This document shows positions 60,190 to 64,000 of a stretch of 64,000 nt of DNA, piece after piece. Each line of letters starts with the position of its first letter. Positions within the stretch are counted from its first letter, which is position 1. Under the pieces are notes generated by a model. It was not told the origin of the DNA and did no database searches. It saw only the letters and a program-made list of their open reading frames with translations. Source of the stretch: a virus; the IMG/VR virus record IMGVR_UViG_3300005253_000051, positions 17,506 through 81,505 of that record. One strand, given 5' to 3'. Made by a program: the position numbers and the translations under genes.

Positions 60190-60873
60190 ATGCCGCACGT
60201 GTACACGATTTCTGGATCTACGGAGGGGCGAATGGCTCGACGACGACATTATGGAACGTTCATGGGACCCGACGGCCTCAGCCCACTCGTTGGCGCAGCG
60301 GCCGGTGCAGGTGTTGGAACAATCACAGCTATTGCAGTTCGTCGATTTTCGTCGATGGACAGCTGGAGTGAGCTGGTTGGCATGGGCGGCGGGGTTCTTA
60401 CGGGGCTCGTCATGATGTTCCCCGAAGGCTCACGGCAAGCAGGCATTGCTGCCACAGTGACTGCGATTCTCAATAACGGCGTGCGCTTTGCGGCCTCGAA
60501 GATCTTCGAGAAAGAGAAGATCCGCGATGCGATGGGCGAGCTGGCGACTCTCAAGGAAAAGTCCCCCGAGAAGCTCGCGCTCAAGACCCAGTACGACGCG
60601 CTTGTTGCTCAGATCGAGACGGTCAAGGTGGTCAAGGACAACATGGGCCTTGTGCGGCCAGAGCAGGTCCCTACGCTGGCCGGCGGTCTCGGAGCAGTGT
60701 CGGCGCATCCGATGCAGCTGGCGGCGGTCTCGACACACGATCCGGGGGCTCTGGGAACTCTGTCGGTCCGCGATATGCCCCTGGCTGATGGCGGTGAGAC
60801 GGGGGCGGGACCTCCGGTTCAACTCGTCGGCCTTGGGAAGCACTACGGTGCCACGATTTACGGTTCCCGGTAA
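60190..60873 (+). CDS. Putative major virion membrane protein
   Basis: Gly-rich transmembrane helices and a C-terminal region with several LG motifs, including LGTLSVRDMP; directly upstream of the capsid candidates. Confidence 0.6.
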   Translation: MPHVYTISGSTEGRMARRRHYGTFMGPDGLSPLVGAAAGAGVGTITAIAVRRFSSMDSWSELVGMGGGVLTGLVMMFPEGSRQAGIAATVTAILNNGVRFAASKIFEKEKIRDAMGELATLKEKSPEKLALKTQYDALVAQIETVKVVKDNMGLVRPEQVPTLAGGLGAVSAHPMQLAAVSTHDPGALGTLSVRDMPLADGGETGAGPPVQLVGLGKHYGATIYGSR

Positions 60874-60919
60874 GACGCCGTGGGCCATTGAACAACGTTA
60901 GAAAAACGGAGGAATCACA

Positions 60920-61627
60920 ATGGGTTATGTAGGCGTCGCACCAGGTACCACCACCATCACTTTGCCCGATGGCCGCACCGTTGCACTGTCCGACTGGATC
61001 GACGACAAGCTGTACGGCTCGATCCAGCTCGTCAACGGGCAGACCAACGAAGTCATGGCGTTTTCCAACGGCCGCAGCCAGCCGATTCCGAACGGGACGC
61101 GCGTCCAGACCCGCGTGGACACGAATGTGCCCCGCGCTGGCGAAGCGGGTCTTCCGAAGGACTGGGAGATGTACGTGTACGGCTGGGGCATCAAACTCGT
61201 TCGCGCGATGCGTCCGCCGAGCGGTGCTACACAGCCTGTGCTGGCCGACGGCAACGGTGCACTTTCGGATCCGGTCGATCAGCGTACGTACTTCAACCTG
61301 GATCGAGTGATCTTTTTCCAGTACAGGTACAACAACAAGGCGTACACCGATGGTGTCATGCAGGACTACCCACAGGGTGGCGGCCTGAACCTCGTGACGA
61401 CCAACGCCGCTCGCGAGCAGGTCACCAACGGTATTCCCAGCCCGCGCGACCGCGTTGCGCTGGTCATCCCGGTGTACGAGCGTGAGAACCTGGGCTATTC
61501 GGGGATTTTCCAGCCGGAAGCCCCGCTCGGCATCAACCAGCCGCCTTCGGATGGCGACCAGGTACAGTTGACCTTCGTCGATCTGAAACTTTACAAGTGG
61601 GGCCTCATCCGCCGTACCGTCGTCTAG
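60920..61627 (+). CDS. Candidate major capsid protein (large, single jelly-roll type)
   Basis: Strong GGAGG RBS, strongly biased codons, beta-rich 235 aa, downstream hairpin; the fold is inferred. Confidence 0.5.
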   Translation: MGYVGVAPGTTTITLPDGRTVALSDWIDDKLYGSIQLVNGQTNEVMAFSNGRSQPIPNGTRVQTRVDTNVPRAGEAGLPKDWEMYVYGWGIKLVRAMRPPSGATQPVLADGNGALSDPVDQRTYFNLDRVIFFQYRYNNKAYTDGVMQDYPQGGGLNLVTTNAAREQVTNGIPSPRDRVALVIPVYERENLGYSGIFQPEAPLGINQPPSDGDQVQLTFVDLKLYKWGLIRRTVV

Positions 61628-61640
61628 TCGATCTAGTCTT

Positions 61641-61669
61641 GGGATCTCGGGACAGTTTCCCGAGATCCC
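61641..61669 (+). terminator. Stable hairpin between the two capsid candidates
   Basis: GGGATCTCGGGA-CAGTT-TCCCGAGATCCC. Confidence 0.7.
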
Positions 61670-61702
61670 TTGGCTTCGTGTACTATGGCAACAGGGTGAG
61701 AC

Positions 61703-62197
61703 ATGGGCATTTTTCCGACGTCATTTGCCGACCAGTCCATCAAGTATCGGATTCCGTATTCGATGCCGGGCGAGTTGATCGTTGATACCGGTCTCACTAA
61801 CGTAGAGTTTCCGGCGGCGGCGTTCCTGCAAAACACAGAGTTGCCGTTTGAAATTCACGCTGTGAAGCTCGTCGCAGCGCAGGATTTGAACGCAGCGGGA
61901 CAGCCGTTTGTTCCGATCGCTGATCCAGCCCCGAGCATTGATCAGTTTTGGCGCGTGCGAATCCGCGACACGAGCAAGATCAACGCTGTGATCACGAAAA
62001 ATGCCCAGCTCGTGGCATCGCTCAAATCCGATCTGAGCGGCTATTGGGAGTGGGATTATCCCTACACGATCGTCAATTCGGAGGGGTTCACGATCTCGGT
62101 GGACAATCTGTTGACGGCACCTGCTCGACTCCGTGCCGCGATTACGTTCATCGGTTACTCGCTGGTTATTCGTCCCCCGAGCCAGACACGCGGATAG
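61703..62197 (+). CDS. Candidate second capsid protein (small jelly-roll type)
   Basis: 164-aa beta-rich protein ending in ITFIGY; position next to the first candidate. Confidence 0.45.
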   Translation: MGIFPTSFADQSIKYRIPYSMPGELIVDTGLTNVEFPAAAFLQNTELPFEIHAVKLVAAQDLNAAGQPFVPIADPAPSIDQFWRVRIRDTSKINAVITKNAQLVASLKSDLSGYWEWDYPYTIVNSEGFTISVDNLLTAPARLRAAITFIGYSLVIRPPSQTRG

Positions 62198-62236
62198 GTT
62201 GGACGCTCAGCTCTGGCGCTGGCATCATGGGAAAAC

Positions 62237-62983
62237 GTGAAGCCAGTCGTCAAAATGGAACCCACCAAGTTTCGCACCGTGTCGCTTCCTGCTGTGGGGA
62301 GCCGATCAGATGCGGCGGTTCCACTAGTTGAACCGCGACCGACGTTTCAACGCGTCGTCATCGTTCAGAGCACCGGCGCGCCAGGTGCTTTCGTTTCAGC
62401 AAGCGCGCAAGAGTTAAACACGTCCGGAGCTATCTTCGGTTTGGGTTTTCAGCTCATTGTGCCTGGTCCTTTTTCGTCGATGGTGCTGGTGATTTCTCCG
62501 CATCAGACGCTTTACGGGGTGGGGACATCCCTGGTGATTCCCACGAGGGTGTCCATATCAACTTCGGTCGAAGTGCCAGCGGTCTCTAAAGAATTCGAGG
62601 ATGAATGCCCATCCACTTGGTTTCGCACGATTTCGATTCCGACGGTTGAAGCCATTCAGATCGTGCCTGGTGGAGGCATTCCGAAGCGGGTCGTCATCGA
62701 GAGTCGTCCGCCCCCGTTGCCGGCGCCAGCTTCGTCGATTTTCATTTCTGATTCTGCGGAAGAGCTGAACATCCCCTCGCCCGTTCCAGGGGGCTCGTTC
62801 GAGTTGTTGCGTTCGGGTAGCCGGCCGCCTCGTGTCATCTTCATCACAGCCCCTCAGCAGCCGCTGTATGCCATCCATCGGCCTGCGATGGGTCCGGCGA
62901 ACATCTCCGTGTCCGTGTCTAACCTTCATCTGGCGGCGTTACGCGGCCCCACAGGTATCCCTGGCCCGGACGGTGAAGAATGA
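62237..62983 (+). CDS. Two-domain beta-sandwich repeat protein
   Basis: Two FRT...RVVI...F(I/V)S.SA.EL...P.Q.LY...IS units. Confidence 0.65.
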   Translation: MKPVVKMEPTKFRTVSLPAVGSRSDAAVPLVEPRPTFQRVVIVQSTGAPGAFVSASAQELNTSGAIFGLGFQLIVPGPFSSMVLVISPHQTLYGVGTSLVIPTRVSISTSVEVPAVSKEFEDECPSTWFRTISIPTVEAIQIVPGGGIPKRVVIESRPPPLPAPASSIFISDSAEELNIPSPVPGGSFELLRSGSRPPRVIFITAPQQPLYAIHRPAMGPANISVSVSNLHLAALRGPTGIPGPDGEE

Positions 62984-63642
62984 CGGGGATGGCGCCGACC
63001 ACTTTCCGCACGCACACGCTCCGGCCGCTGGGGCAAGATGCGGTTACGATCGCGTCACCTGCACCGCACTTCCGCCGGGTGATTATCTTTCAGCGCCTCG
63101 CGCTCACGGGCGCATTCATTTCACGAAGCGCCACCGAGTTGACTATCCCAGACCAGGTACAACCCGGAGACGCATATCAGCTCCCTGTGACCCCAGCACA
63201 GCCCAGGGTGTTCGTGCTGGCTCCTGGAGATGCGCTGTATGCGGGCGGGGGAACATCGGCTGGCGGACTGGCTAGTGTGTCGGTATCGATCTCACAAGAG
63301 ATTCTTGGCCTTGCGCCGATTTATGAAGTTAGGACGGTGTTTCGCACTTTTACGGTGCCTATCAGTGGCATCAACCCGTCGATCACGATTGTTCCTATCG
63401 CCCAGGTCCCTCGACGCATGATCGTGACCTCGGTCTCTGTAGGCGGCGGCGTTTTTCTGAGTACGTCGGCTCAAGAGCTGGACATTCCTCAAGTGGTACC
63501 CGGTGAAGGGTTCGATGTCGGGGGCGGAGGTATTTTTGTGGTCGGGCCTGGGCAGGCTTTGTATGGGATACGTACTTTTGCTCCTGCGGCACAGATCTCA
63601 GTTTCGATCTCAGACATCCACCTAACATCTGGATCTTCCTGA
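62980..63642 (+). CDS. Two-domain beta-sandwich repeat protein (paralog)
   Basis: The same unit twice. Confidence 0.65.
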   Translation: MTGMAPTTFRTHTLRPLGQDAVTIASPAPHFRRVIIFQRLALTGAFISRSATELTIPDQVQPGDAYQLPVTPAQPRVFVLAPGDALYAGGGTSAGGLASVSVSISQEILGLAPIYEVRTVFRTFTVPISGINPSITIVPIAQVPRRMIVTSVSVGGGVFLSTSAQELDIPQVVPGEGFDVGGGGIFVVGPGQALYGIRTFAPAAQISVSISDIHLTSGSS

Positions 63643-63917
63643 TGCAGCAGTCCATTTTTCAAACGATTACGTTGGTGGCCGATGGCATCGGGCGCATTGT
63701 CGTGCCTGCGGATCCGTCATGGCGGCGTGTCCTCATTGGAAATGTGATCGGGACCATTTTCATTTCTGCTAGCTTCAGTGAAGATGTTCTAACCGATGCG
63801 ATTCGTGTAGGTGGAGGGGAAACGTTTGTTATTTCACCCACTCAGATGCTGTACGCGACAGTGTTCAAAGCGGGTGCCGTTTCTACCATTTCCATCCATG
63901 TATCTCACGTGGTCTAG
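63642..63917 (+). CDS. Single-domain member of the same family
   Basis: FQT...RRVLI...FIS...PTQMLYA...ISI. Confidence 0.6.
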   Translation: MQQSIFQTITLVADGIGRIVVPADPSWRRVLIGNVIGTIFISASFSEDVLTDAIRVGGGETFVISPTQMLYATVFKAGAVSTISIHVSHVV

Positions 63918-64000
63918 GCACGTGATAAAGTAGGGCATGGACAAGGGCTGCTGTGGACGATCGCTGCGTCGCGTAGGTATCGGCGGGGGCTTTCGTCACC

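Overview
This window looks like a 64 kb piece of a GC-rich dsDNA bacterial virus genome. No host housekeeping genes, rRNA, tRNA, terminase, portal or tail tape-measure genes were recognised. The left 44 kb is almost entirely on the minus strand. It carries small accessory genes, an expanded family of Ala-rich Imm5-like paralogs and a MoxR/vWA pair. It also carries a block of putative virion spike and core genes, nucleotide-metabolism genes (thyX, dCMP deaminase, HD hydrolase, dATP/dGTP diphosphohydrolase-like, TSCPD domain), a Dam-family methylase and a replication module (RuvC-like resolvase, family A polymerase, SF2 helicase, PD-(D/E)XK nuclease, primase-SF3 helicase). A non-coding region at about 44.45-45.05 kb holds a perfect 50-bp palindrome flanked by inverted iterons. 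The right 19 kb is mostly plus strand and encodes many membrane-anchored proteins, a transglutaminase-like enzyme and beta-rich proteins, which suggests a tailless, membrane-containing virion (inference). The most striking element is a compact type V CRISPR locus. It consists of a 511-aa Cas12m-like (V-U1/V-M) effector lacking the RuvC-II glutamate, whose stop codon lies inside the first repeat of a 21-repeat array. There is no leader and no cas1/cas2 in the window, and the locus sits behind a promoter-like motif shared with other viral genes. All family assignments come from motif recognition by eye; no database searches were run.
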